Of a stretch of 64,000 nucleotides of DNA, positions 21,341 through 30,523 are shown piece by piece. Origin of the DNA: Candidatus Aminicenantes bacterium (GTDB lineage: Bacteria; Acidobacteriota; Aminicenantia; Aminicenantales; Saccharicenantaceae); the NCBI GenBank assembly GCA_963742235.1, contig CAVULT010000027.1, positions 158,635-222,634 on the forward strand, in the 5' to 3' direction. The notes below the pieces were generated by a model, which was not told the DNA's origin, searched no databases, and worked only from the letters and a program-made list of their open reading frames with translations. Each line of letters begins with the position of its first letter. Position 1 is the stretch's first letter. A program made the position numbers and the translations under genes.

Positions 21341-22425
21341 TCATTGAGAGAATACATCATGGCCTTTTTTCGCCCGGGCGGTTTTCGGGTAAGACAGGCT
21401 GGAATTGCCGAGGCTCATCCGGCCGATAAACGCTCCTTGGGCGTTGAAGATGTCATACCGGAATTCCCCGGTGTTCGGCCCCGTCTCCCTGGTCATGACA
21501 TAAAGGCGGCCTTCGTCGTCCGCGAAAAGGTACCGGAAGGGAGGCCAGTTGTCCGCGAATCGATATTTATCCTTCCAAGGCGACCGCGCGACGCTGGCCA
21601 AATAGGCTTTCCGGAATTCCCCGTCGATAGGGACGGGCCGATACTCTTTTCGGATCTTGCGCAGCAGCTTGCCGTCCCGGCTGAAGACGCGGACTTCATA
21701 GCCCCAGGACGAGTTCCCGATGAAGATGTTGTCCTTTGACGCGCCGAAAATGAAAGCCCCCTGCCCGACGAGGATCGTCTTGGCCATGCTCCATAATCGG
21801 GAATTGATACGTGGCCGAGCTCGTTCATATCGTTGAAGCCGGAGGTGCAGACGGCCACATGATCGACGTAGTTTTCGAGCTTGCTGTCGTTGTCTGCCAC
21901 GAAGACAAAGGACAGGATCCAGCGTGAAGATTCGGATCTAATCGAAGGCCTCCTTGGCAGCGGATTCGCGCAAGAAGCCGTCGTCGCCGGAGACCAGGAA
22001 CTTCGGCTGCGACGGGTCCTTGGCTATCAGTTCCCCGGAAGCGCCTGCCATGACGGTCCCGCCGTACTCGATCTCTCCGGGGCCTTGACCATTCCGGCAG
22101 AACGAGGTAAGCAGCTTTCCGTCGCTTGTCGTACTTGTAGATATAATTTCCCTTGGTCAGTCCACTGATATAGACAAATGATGCCGGTCGAGTCAAAGCG
22201 TCGAGGTCCGGCGGCCTCAGCTTGGAGCTGGTTCTCGTACTCGGTATCGATCGAAAACATCTTTTCCAGTCGGAGCCGGCCGGGTTCGCCCTTGAGAACA
22301 TAGGGATCGATGCCATTGAGCACGGTATCGACGCCGTCGGTGACGATCTTCCGCACTTGCTCCGGGCCGCGTCCGCAGCAGAGAAAAAGAGAAAGAACGA
22401 GGATGATAAGCGTCGGCTTCTTCAT
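21341..22425 (-). CDS. Hypothetical lipoprotein (beta-propeller-like), fragmented into at least 3 frames
   Basis: N-terminal lipoprotein signal MKKPTLIILVLSLFLCCG (22027..22425 frame); the continuation lies in the 21825..22316, 21493..21900 and 21341..21787 frames. Confidence 0.4.
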
Positions 22426-24050
22426 TATTCCCCCTCCTGGTATCGTCGAGCCTCGCTTGTTTCACAACCGAACCCGGTCCTGATTACGCGGGGCTTGCCA
22501 TAGCCGCCGCCGCCCGGAGTCTCGACTCTGAGGACATCGCCGGGCCCGAGCTTGACATTGATCTTGGAGCCGACGATCGTCGTCCGGCCGCGGGAGAGGA
22601 TCGAGTTCCGGCCCTTCGCCCCGGGTCCACCGCCGCTCGCGCCGTAGGGGGCGAACCGCCGCCGCTCGGAGATGACCGTCAGGTCGACGGGCACGCCGAA
22701 CTCGTATTCGCGGACGATGCCCTCGCCGCCCCGCCGAGCTCCGCAGCCGCCCGAGCCCTTTCTCAGACGGTAGGATCGGATCTTCAAGGGCAGGTAGTTC
22801 TCGAGGGCCTCGACCGGCGTATTGAGGGAGTTGGTCATGTGGGTGTGGACGCCGTCGAGGCCCGCCGCGTCCGAGCCCGCGCCCATACCCCCGCCGATCG
22901 TCTCGTAATAGGCGAAACGCCGCTTCCTTTCGGGGTCGTAGCCGCCGAAAGCGACATTGTTCATCGTCCCCTGGCTGGCCGCGGGGATGCGGCCGGGGAG
23001 GGCTTTGGCCAGGGCGCCGAGCAGGACATCGACGATGCGCTGGGAGGTCTCGACGTTGCCTCCGGCGCAGGCCGCCGGGAACTCGGCATTGACGATAGAG
23101 CCCTTGGGCGCGACGATCTCGAGCGGGCGCATCAGCCCGGTGTTGAAGGGGATGTCCTCTTCGACGAGAGAGCGGAAGACGTAGAGCACGGCCGAACAGG
23201 TGATGGCGAAGTTGGCGTTGACCCCGCCCGAAGTCTGCGGCGCGGAGCCGCCGAAGTCGACGATCGCGTGGTCGCCCCGAACCGTGATCCGGACCGCGAT
23301 CCGGATCGGCCGGGTCGAGATGCCGTCGTCGTCGAGGTGGTCGGCGAACTCATATTCGCCGTCGGGGACCTCGCGGAGCGTCTGCCGCAGGAACTTCTCC
23401 GAATAATCCTGGATGAGACCGGCATAGAGACGGACTCTTCCGGCGCCGAACCGGCCGACGGCTTCCTCGAGCCTGGCCCGGCCGATCTCGTTGGCCGCCA
23501 CCTGGGCCAGCAGATCGCCGCGGCGCTCGTCGGGCGTCCTGACGTTGGCCAGCAGAAGGTCGAAAACGCCTTTGTTCAGCCGGCCGCGCGAGTAGAGCTT
23601 GAGGGGCGGGATGATCAGGCCCTCCTGGAAGAGCTCGGTCGCAAGAGGCATGGATCCCGGGGTCATGCCGCCGACGTCGGAGTGATGGGCCCGGTTGGCC
23701 ACGAAGAAGGCCAGCCGGCGGCCGAGGAAGACGGGGGAGATGCAGGTGATGTCGGGCAGGTGGGTCCCGCCCCGATAAGGATCGTTGAGGATGACGAGAT
23801 CGCCTTTCTCGAAAGTCATGGCCCCGAGCGCGGCCTGAACCGAGAGCGGCATAGCCCCGAGGTGGACGGGAATGTGCGAGCCCTGGGCCAGGGTCCCGCC
23901 GTCCCGGTTGAACAGGGCGCAGGAAAAGTCCTTGCGCTCCTTGATGTTGGGGGAGAGGGCGGTCCGGCCGAGGACGGCGGCCATCTCCTCGGATATGGCC
24001 ACGAAGACGTTCTTGAAGAGCTCGAGCTCGATCGGATCGACCTTCTTCAT
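22425..24050 (-). CDS. hyuB: Hydantoinase B / 5-oxoprolinase B-type subunit (HyuB family)
   Basis: 541 aa, HyuB-like; 4-bp overlap with hyuA. Confidence 0.8.
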   Translation of the reverse strand: MKKVDPIELELFKNVFVAISEEMAAVLGRTALSPNIKERKDFSCALFNRDGGTLAQGSHIPVHLGAMPLSVQAALGAMTFEKGDLVILNDPYRGGTHLPDITCISPVFLGRRLAFFVANRAHHSDVGGMTPGSMPLATELFQEGLIIPPLKLYSRGRLNKGVFDLLLANVRTPDERRGDLLAQVAANEIGRARLEEAVGRFGAGRVRLYAGLIQDYSEKFLRQTLREVPDGEYEFADHLDDDGISTRPIRIAVRITVRGDHAIVDFGGSAPQTSGGVNANFAITCSAVLYVFRSLVEEDIPFNTGLMRPLEIVAPKGSIVNAEFPAACAGGNVETSQRIVDVLLGALAKALPGRIPAASQGTMNNVAFGGYDPERKRRFAYYETIGGGMGAGSDAAGLDGVHTHMTNSLNTPVEALENYLPLKIRSYRLRKGSGGCGARRGGEGIVREYEFGVPVDLTVISERRRFAPYGASGGGPGAKGRNSILSRGRTTIVGSKINVKLGPGDVLRVETPGGGGYGKPRVIRTGFGCETSEARRYQEGE

Positions 24051-26068
24051 CGGGGGCCCGCCTTGCGAATGACGAGGTTGAGGAATGGGTCGACGGCGGC
24101 CTTGACAGCCCGGGGGGAGAAGGTCGTCGACTCCGGGTCGATGATAAGCGCCGGACCGGCGAGGACATTGCCCGGGCCGAGCCTCGACCTGTCATAGACC
24201 GAACCTTGGCGCAAGGCCCGGCCGGAATGGATCGGCTGCCTCTTGACGAGCGCCCGGGGATCCAATGACTTGGCTTTCGGCTCGCGCTCGAGCGGGATCT
24301 TCGGGGTTACGGCCACGGCCCTGACGCGGAGGTTGACGATCTCGACCGGCCGGCGGTCGTGACGGTAGGAATAGAGGCGCTTGTGCCTGTGATGGAAGCT
24401 CTCGAGGAAGGCCTGCCCTGAAGTCCGCGCTTTCCGGTACGGAACATCGATCTCGTAAGACTGGCCGACATAGCGGCAGTCGAGCGAGCGCCCGAGAACG
24501 ATCGTCGCCGCGGCCAAGCCGTCCTCGGCCATGTCCCGGCAGGCTCTCCTTTCGAGCTTCCGGAATTCCGTTTCGAGCTGGGGCAGACTGATCTGGGCGT
24601 CCGTTTTCATGAGGGACCTGCTGTAGTCCTTGACCGGGTCCGACATGAGAAGGCCGAAGGCCGAAAGCACTCCGGCGTTGCGCGGCACGAGGACCGTGGA
24701 CATGCCCAGGTCGGCGGCCATTTCGGCCGCGTGCATGCCGCCCGCTCCGCCGAAGGAGAAGAGGGCGAAGGCGCGAGGGTCGATGCCGCGTTCGACGGAG
24801 ATGACGCGGATGGCCTTCTCCATGTTGGCGTTGGCGATGGCTACGATCCCGAGGGCCGTCTCGACCATCGACTTCCCGATCGCGCGTCCCAACCGCGAGA
24901 CGGCCGTCGCGCTCCGCTCCGAAAAGATCTTCATCCGTCCGCCGAGGAAAAAATCCGGATCGAGGCGGCCGAGGCAGAGGTTGGCGTCGGTCACCGTCGG
25001 GAGATCGCCCTTGCCGTAGCAGGCCGGGCCCGGATCGGCGCCCGCGCTCTGCGGACCGACCCGGAGCGAGCCGCCGCGATCGGCCGAAGCGATGGAGCCG
25101 CCGCCGGCCCCGACGGAGTGGATGTCGATGATGGGCAGGCGGATGGGGAAGTCGCCGACACGGCTCTCGTGCGTTCGCCGGATGCCGCCTTCGATGAGGG
25201 ACACGTCCGTCGAGGTGCCGCCCATGTCGAAGCTGACCACATTGGGGAAGCCGGCCGCCTTGGCCAGAATGCAAGCCCCGACGACTCCTCCGGCCGGGCC
25301 TGAAAGGGCGGTCCTGATCGGCTCGACCCTCGCCCTGGGCGGCGAGATGTAGCCTTCGTTCGATTGCATGATGCGCAGGTCGGCCCGGCCGATGCGGCGG
25401 TCGAGCTCGCCGAGGTAGCGGTCCATGACCGGCATGAGGTAGGCATTGACGGCCGTGGTCGAGGTCCGTTCGAACTCGCGATGCTCGGGCAGGAGCCGGC
25501 TCGACAGGGTAAAAAGAAGGCCTGACCGCTCGAGCTCCCGGCCGACGATCTCCTCGTTTCCAGGGTTGGCGTAGGAATGAAGAAGACAGACGGCAACGGC
25601 GCCGGCACCCGTCTTCCTGATCTTTCGGACGATCCGGCGGACTTCGGCCCGGTCGACCGGCCGCTCAATGCGCCCGGAGGCGAGCGTCCTTTCCTTCAGC
25701 CCGAACCTGAGTGCGGCCGGAATGAGCTCGAACCGGCTTTCCGGCTGGAGCGCATAGAGATTACGGCGGGTCTGCCGGCCGATGGCCAGGACGTCCTCGA
25801 AGCCGGCCGTGGTGATCAGCGCGATGCGACCGCCTTTCCGCTGGAGCAGGGCATTGGTGGCCACGGTCGTGCCGTGAACGATGAAAGGGGCGGCGGAGTC
25901 CTCCAAAATATCGCCGACGCCTTCAATGATCGCCAGCGACGGATCTTGCGGGGTCGAAAGGACCTTCCGGTTGGCCAGCCGGCCGTCCTGCCAGATGACA
26001 AAATCGGTGAACGTCCCGCCGGTATCCACCCCGACGCGGACCGTGGCCGGCTTTTGGCTGTGTTCCAT
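24047..26068 (-). CDS. hyuA: Hydantoinase A / 5-oxoprolinase A-type subunit (HyuA family)
   Basis: 673 aa; N-terminal VGVDTGGTFTDFV hydantoinase/oxoprolinase N-domain followed by the HyuA domain. Confidence 0.8.
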   Translation of the reverse strand: MEHSQKPATVRVGVDTGGTFTDFVIWQDGRLANRKVLSTPQDPSLAIIEGVGDILEDSAAPFIVHGTTVATNALLQRKGGRIALITTAGFEDVLAIGRQTRRNLYALQPESRFELIPAALRFGLKERTLASGRIERPVDRAEVRRIVRKIRKTGAGAVAVCLLHSYANPGNEEIVGRELERSGLLFTLSSRLLPEHREFERTSTTAVNAYLMPVMDRYLGELDRRIGRADLRIMQSNEGYISPPRARVEPIRTALSGPAGGVVGACILAKAAGFPNVVSFDMGGTSTDVSLIEGGIRRTHESRVGDFPIRLPIIDIHSVGAGGGSIASADRGGSLRVGPQSAGADPGPACYGKGDLPTVTDANLCLGRLDPDFFLGGRMKIFSERSATAVSRLGRAIGKSMVETALGIVAIANANMEKAIRVISVERGIDPRAFALFSFGGAGGMHAAEMAADLGMSTVLVPRNAGVLSAFGLLMSDPVKDYSRSLMKTDAQISLPQLETEFRKLERRACRDMAEDGLAAATIVLGRSLDCRYVGQSYEIDVPYRKARTSGQAFLESFHHRHKRLYSYRHDRRPVEIVNLRVRAVAVTPKIPLEREPKAKSLDPRALVKRQPIHSGRALRQGSVYDRSRLGPGNVLAGPALIIDPESTTFSPRAVKAAVDPFLNLVIRKAGPR

Positions 26069-26225
26069 GGGCGGACGCCTATTTAAGCGTCAACGCATCT
26101 CAGAAGTCAAGAAATGATATCGCCGGAATTTGGCTGATTTCGTGCTTTTCTATTGAAGAGTCCAGGCCTTGACAATCTGAGCAAATTAGATCGAACACGG
26201 ATACGTTCTTGGGAAAGAAGGGGAA

Positions 26226-26447
26226 TTAATGGCAGGTGCTGCAGGACTTGCTCGAGCAGCTGGAGCAACCAGATGAGGAGGCGACCTTGATGCGGCTGGA
26301 GCCGCCGCCGATTCCGAAGCAGGATATCATCTTCTGGACGTCGCCCGACCCGCACTCGGCGCAGACGACGTCCTTCTCTTTGCCTGCGGCGACGAGGCAC
26401 TCGAACCTTTTGCCGCACTTCTTACACGCGAATTCATATAACGGCAT
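26226..26447 (-). CDS. FmdB-family zinc-ribbon protein with a Cys/Ser-rich C-terminal tail
   Basis: MPLYEFACKKCGKRFE...VVCAECGS (CxxC...CxxC) followed by SSGCSSCSSKSCSTCH; located upstream of hyuA-hyuB. Confidence 0.65.
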   Translation of the reverse strand: MPLYEFACKKCGKRFECLVAAGKEKDVVCAECGSGDVQKMISCFGIGGGSSRIKVASSSGCSSCSSKSCSTCH

Positions 26448-26476
26448 CGCATAGCCATTTTACAGCATGCCGGCGC

Positions 26477-26736
26477 CTGGGTCTATACGCGACTGGGCTG
26501 CGCGAGGCCGCCGAAAGTGGGGGTGAGGGGTATCGTCGGGGAGAGCATAAAGCGCCGGATATCAATATTATCTGGCATTCTCCTAAGATATTCACCAGAA
26601 TTATGGCTCCGAGCACTCCGCCCTAATTCTGCTGGTCGCTCCGAAGACTTCGCTTCCCGCCGCACCGCAGCGAACGGAGACGATCCCCGAAGCCCCTCGG
26701 CGGCCGAAGGGCACAGAAATCGAGACTTGTAGCTAT
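26477..26736. repeat. Intergenic repeat, copy A (degenerate); homologous to 44654..44940
   Basis: About 85% identity over the ~100-nt core 26584..26682 with the copy at 44772..44871, plus weaker flanking similarity. Core hairpin cagaattatggc/gccctaattctg. Its right end runs into the ridA stop codon. Confidence 0.6.
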
Positions 26737-27200
26737 TTGACGAGCGCGATCGCCTCGATCTCCACCTTGACATCTCGCGGCAGCCGGGCCACCTGGACCG
26801 CGGCCCGGGCCGGGTTCGGGGCCTTGAAGAACTCGGCGTAAACCGCGTTCATCTTGCCGAAGTCGTTCATGTCTTGAAGGAAGACGGTCGTCTTGACGAC
26901 GTCGTCATAGGACGAGCCGGCCGCTTCGAGGACGGCCCCGACGTTCTTGAGGACCTGGCGGGCTTGGTCTTCAATCGAGCCCGTGTTGAGCTCGCCCGTG
27001 GCCGGGTCAATGGGGATCTGCCCCGAGCAGAAGACGAAGCCGTTGGCGATGATGCCCTGGGAATAGGGGCCGATGGCCTTGGGCGCCTTGTCGGTCTGGA
27101 CCTGCTTCTTCATGGTCTTGCTCCTTCCGCGGCCGGCGAAGGTGCGCGAGGCAAAGGCGCTCACGAGACCCGCGGCGGCCAGAAATTTTCGTCTGTTCAC
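26733..27200 (-). CDS. ridA: RidA/YjgF-family enamine deaminase with an N-terminal Tat-type signal
   Basis: RidA core (GPYSQG...C.GQIP...) preceded by [22 protein letters not shown]. Confidence 0.75.
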   Translation of the reverse strand: MNRRKFLAAAGLVSAFASRTFAGRGRSKTMKKQVQTDKAPKAIGPYSQGIIANGFVFCSGQIPIDPATGELNTGSIEDQARQVLKNVGAVLEAAGSSYDDVVKTTVFLQDMNDFGKMNAVYAEFFKAPNPARAAVQVARLPRDVKVEIEAIALVK

Positions 27201-27294
27201 GATCGCTGCTCCGACAACAAGCCGAGAACGTTCTTATTTCGGGGCCACGTCCAAAAAGGACATGTCCCCGAAAAATAGAAACGTCCCCATTTTT

Positions 27295-28749
27295 TCAGGA
27301 CGACAGGCCGTCGATGGCCGCCGTGAGGAACGTCCAGAACTTCTCGACCGAGCCGATGTGAACGTGCTCCTCGGGCGAGTGGGGGTTCTTCATGGTCGGC
27401 CCGAACGAGATCATGTCCATCCCGGGGAACTTCTCGCCGATGATGCCGCACTCGAGGCCGGCGTGGACGGCCACGACCTCGGCCTCCTTGCCGAAGGTCT
27501 TGACGTAGAGCTCCTTCAGCTTCTTGAGGAGAGGCGAGTCGAGGTTGGGCATCCAGCCGGGGTAGCCGTCCTCGAGCTCGGCCTTGGCGCCGGCCAGCGC
27601 GCACACGGACTTGATCACGTCGCGGGTGGCCTCGAGGGCCGAGGCGACCGAGCTCCGGCTGCTGCACAGGACCTCGAAGGACGTCTGGCCCGTCTTGACG
27701 ATGGCCAGGTTGGTCGAGGTCTCGGTCAGCCCGGCGATCTCGGGGTGCATGGCGATGACGCCGTGCGGGACGGCCATGACGAAATCGATCAACGTGCGCT
27801 GGCAGTCCTGGGTCATGGCGAAGTCCCTGCCGGCCGCCGCCTCCAACGTGAAGGTCGCGCCGGGCTCGACGGCCTTGTACTCGACCTTGATCTTGTCGAA
27901 GGCCTTCTTGATCGCCGTGGTCAGCGTCCGCACCTGGACGGGCGGGCAGGCCAGCAGGGCGACGGCTTCGCGCGGGATGGCGTTGTGTTTGCTCCCGCCT
28001 TCGATGCTGATGATCTCGAATTTGGCCGTCGCCTGGGCCTGGCCGAGCGTGCGGGCCAGCAGCTTGATGGCATTGCCGCGGCCCTGGTTGATGTCGAGGC
28101 CGGAATGGCCGCCGCGGAGACCGTGGACGTGGAGCTTGTAGAGATTCTTCGAGGCCGCCTTCTTCCGCTCGATCGGCAGGACCAGGGTCGAATCGGCCCC
28201 GCCGGCGCAGCCGATGGTGAAGGTGCCCTCATCCTCGCTGTCGAGGTTGAGGAGCATCTTGCCCGTGAGGAAGCCCTTCTGGATCTTGTTGGCCCCGGTC
28301 AGGCCGGTCTCTTCGTCGACCGTGAACAGGAACTCGAGCGGGCCATGGACGAGCGTCTTGTCCTCCATGACGGCCAAGGCCGAGGCCAGGCCGATGCCGT
28401 TGTCGGCCCCGAGGGTCGTGCCCTGGGCATAGACCCACTCGCCCTTGATCTCCGCCTGGATCGGGTCTTTGCAGAAATCGTGGACTTTATCCGAGTTCTT
28501 TTCGCAGACCATGTCCAGGTGGCCCTGGAGAATGGCGCCCACGGCGGCTTCGCGGCCGGCGGTGGCCGGCTTGCTGACGAGGACGTTGCCGACCCTGTCG
28601 CGCTTGCCGGGGAGACCGAGCGAGGCGGCGACCGAAAGGACGTAGTCCCCGAGGGCCTTTTCGTTGCCCGAGCAGTGGGGGATGGTCAGGATCTTGGCGA
28701 AATGCTTCCAGAGAAGCCGGGGATTGAGCTCGTTGAGAGACGAAGCCAT
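27295..28749 (-). CDS. pepD: Aminoacyl-histidine (Xaa-His) dipeptidase PepD, M20C
   Basis: PepD-like over ~485 aa; start MASSLNELNPRLLW at 28749 with an AAGGAG RBS. The 825-aa track ORF is an upstream over-extension. Confidence 0.8.
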   Translation of the reverse strand: MASSLNELNPRLLWKHFAKILTIPHCSGNEKALGDYVLSVAASLGLPGKRDRVGNVLVSKPATAGREAAVGAILQGHLDMVCEKNSDKVHDFCKDPIQAEIKGEWVYAQGTTLGADNGIGLASALAVMEDKTLVHGPLEFLFTVDEETGLTGANKIQKGFLTGKMLLNLDSEDEGTFTIGCAGGADSTLVLPIERKKAASKNLYKLHVHGLRGGHSGLDINQGRGNAIKLLARTLGQAQATAKFEIISIEGGSKHNAIPREAVALLACPPVQVRTLTTAIKKAFDKIKVEYKAVEPGATFTLEAAAGRDFAMTQDCQRTLIDFVMAVPHGVIAMHPEIAGLTETSTNLAIVKTGQTSFEVLCSSRSSVASALEATRDVIKSVCALAGAKAELEDGYPGWMPNLDSPLLKKLKELYVKTFGKEAEVVAVHAGLECGIIGEKFPGMDMISFGPTMKNPHSPEEHVHIGSVEKFWTFLTAAIDGLSS

Positions 28750-28839
28750 GGGATTCTCCTTTGTGATGGGTTGCCGAATCCGCATGATGCCACAAATATC
28801 CGATGGATTCAAGCCGGTCCCCGGGGTATAATCGTGACG

Positions 28840-29766
28840 ATGAGAGCCCTCTCGCGTCGCCTTTGCGCCCTCGTCCTTGGCCTGGTCGCCGCGGCCTCGC
28901 TCGCGGAGGCGGCCGCGCCGGCGAAGATCCGGATCATGGCCACGGTCTTTCCGCTCCGGGAGTTCGCCGCGGCGGTGGCCGGGGAGCGGGGAGAAACGAC
29001 TCTGCTCCTTCCGCCGGGCGCCGGGGTCCACACCTGGCAGCCCCGGCCCGAAGACATCGCCCGGCTCGCTTCGTGCGATCTGCTTCTCTATATCGGTTCC
29101 GGCCTGGAGCCATGGCTGCCCGACATGCTCAAGGCTTTTCCCCCGGGGCGCGTCCGGACCCTCGAAGCGGCCGCCGGCCTGGCCGTCCCCGGCGCCGATG
29201 AAGACGAGGCGCCCGGCGCGGCTCACGAGCGCCTCGCGCTCGATCCCCACGTCTGGCTCGATTTCTCCCTCGACCGGCGCATCGTCGACCGGATCGCGGC
29301 CGAGCTTGCCCGGCTCGATCCCGCCGGCGGTCCCGAGTTCGGAGCGAACGCTGAACGGCTGAAAGACCGTCTGAAAAAGCTCGACGCCGAGTTCGAGGCC
29401 GGCCTGTCCGGCTGTCGCGGCAAGAACATCGTCCTGGCCGGCCATGCCGCCTTCGGCTATCTCGCCCGGCGCTACGGTCTCGTCCAGACCGCGCTGTACG
29501 GGCTCAGCCCCGACGCCCAGCCGAAGCCGAGGGACCTCATGAAAGCCGTCGACTTCTGCCGCGCGAAAGGCATCAAGACGATCTTCTTCGAGAATTCCGT
29601 GCCGCCCGACCTTTCCGAGACTTTGGCCCGGGAGATCGGAGGACGCGTCCTCCTGCTTCAGGCGGGCCACAATCTCACCCGCGCCCAGCAGGCGAAAGGA
29701 GTCGGCTTTTTCGAGCTCATGGAGGGGGACCTGGCCGCCCTCAAAGACGGGTTGGGCTGCCGGTGA
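28840..29766 (+). CDS. znuA: Zinc/manganese ABC transporter substrate-binding protein (ZnuA/TroA family)
   Basis: Signal peptide MRALSRRLCALVLGLVAAASLAEA, TroA-like fold, acidic/His-rich loop (ADEDEAPGAAHE). A TATAAT box lies at 28826. Confidence 0.75.
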   Translation: MRALSRRLCALVLGLVAAASLAEAAAPAKIRIMATVFPLREFAAAVAGERGETTLLLPPGAGVHTWQPRPEDIARLASCDLLLYIGSGLEPWLPDMLKAFPPGRVRTLEAAAGLAVPGADEDEAPGAAHERLALDPHVWLDFSLDRRIVDRIAAELARLDPAGGPEFGANAERLKDRLKKLDAEFEAGLSGCRGKNIVLAGHAAFGYLARRYGLVQTALYGLSPDAQPKPRDLMKAVDFCRAKGIKTIFFENSVPPDLSETLAREIGGRVLLLQAGHNLTRAQQAKGVGFFELMEGDLAALKDGLGCR

Positions 29767-29770
29767 GATC

Positions 29771-30514
29771 ATGAGCCTTGTCGTTCTCCGGGATGTTTCC
29801 TTCGCCTATGACGGGACGCCCGTCCTGGTCGACATCGATCTGGTCATCGAAGAAGGCGATTTCCTGGCCATCATCGGGCCCAACGGGTCGGGCAAAACGA
29901 CCCTGGTCAAGCTCATCCTCGGCCTCCTCCGGCCCGCCACGGGCCGGATCGAGATCTTCGGCAAGCCCCCCGGTCAATTCTCCGATTGGGACAAGGTGGG
30001 CTACGTCCCTCAGAAAGCGACTCACATCGACCCGTTCTTCCCGGCCTCGGTCGACGAGGTCGTCGGCATGGCCCTCATGTCCAGCCGCCGGCAGGGGAGC
30101 GCCAAGGGCCGGGAGGCCCGGGCCAGGGTCCGCCGGGCCCTCGAAGTCGTCGGCATGGCCGAGTTCGGCAGGGAGCCGATCGGCCGGCTTTCGGGCGGCC
30201 AACAGCAGCGCGTCTTCATCGCCCGGGCGCTCGTCACCTCCCCCCGGGTGCTCTTCCTGGACGAGCCGACGACCGGGGTCGACGCCGAAACCCAGACCGC
30301 GTTCTATGATATGCTCGACCGCCTGAACCGGAGCGAAGGCCTGACCATCGTCCTGGTCACGCACGACATCGGCATCGTCAACAAGCACGTCAACCGCGTC
30401 GCCTGTCTCAACCAGAAGCTGATCTACCACGGCGATCACGCCGGCTTCTGCCGGTCCGACGCGTTCCGGGACATGATCGGCCACGGCGACCATCTCGTCT
30501 CGCACGAACACTGA
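29771..30514 (+). CDS. znuC: Zinc ABC transporter ATP-binding protein
   Basis: Walker A GPNGSGKTT, signature LSGGQQQR, Walker B LLFLDEP. Confidence 0.8.
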   Translation: MSLVVLRDVSFAYDGTPVLVDIDLVIEEGDFLAIIGPNGSGKTTLVKLILGLLRPATGRIEIFGKPPGQFSDWDKVGYVPQKATHIDPFFPASVDEVVGMALMSSRRQGSAKGREARARVRRALEVVGMAEFGREPIGRLSGGQQQRVFIARALVTSPRVLFLDEPTTGVDAETQTAFYDMLDRLNRSEGLTIVLVTHDIGIVNKHVNRVACLNQKLIYHGDHAGFCRSDAFRDMIGHGDHLVSHEH

Positions 30515-30523
30515 GACCAAGCG

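Noticed and set aside
26517-26732. Two small + strand ORFs (26517..26732 and 44633..44920) sharing the peptide NSAGRSEDFASRR.
   Set aside because: The similarity is nucleotide-level conservation of the intergenic repeat core; flanking codons are not conserved and there is no RBS. These are translations of the repeat, not a gene family.
28750-28839. Zur box in the pepD/znuA divergent region.
   Set aside because: No AT-rich palindrome resembling known Zur operators.
27073-29766. 897-aa + ORF and 825-aa - ORF (27295..29772) suggesting giant fused proteins.
   Set aside because: Only the C-terminal ~309 aa (ZnuA, from ATG 28840) and ~485 aa (PepD, from ATG 28749 with an AAGGAG RBS) are conserved; the upstream extensions are open-frame artefacts.
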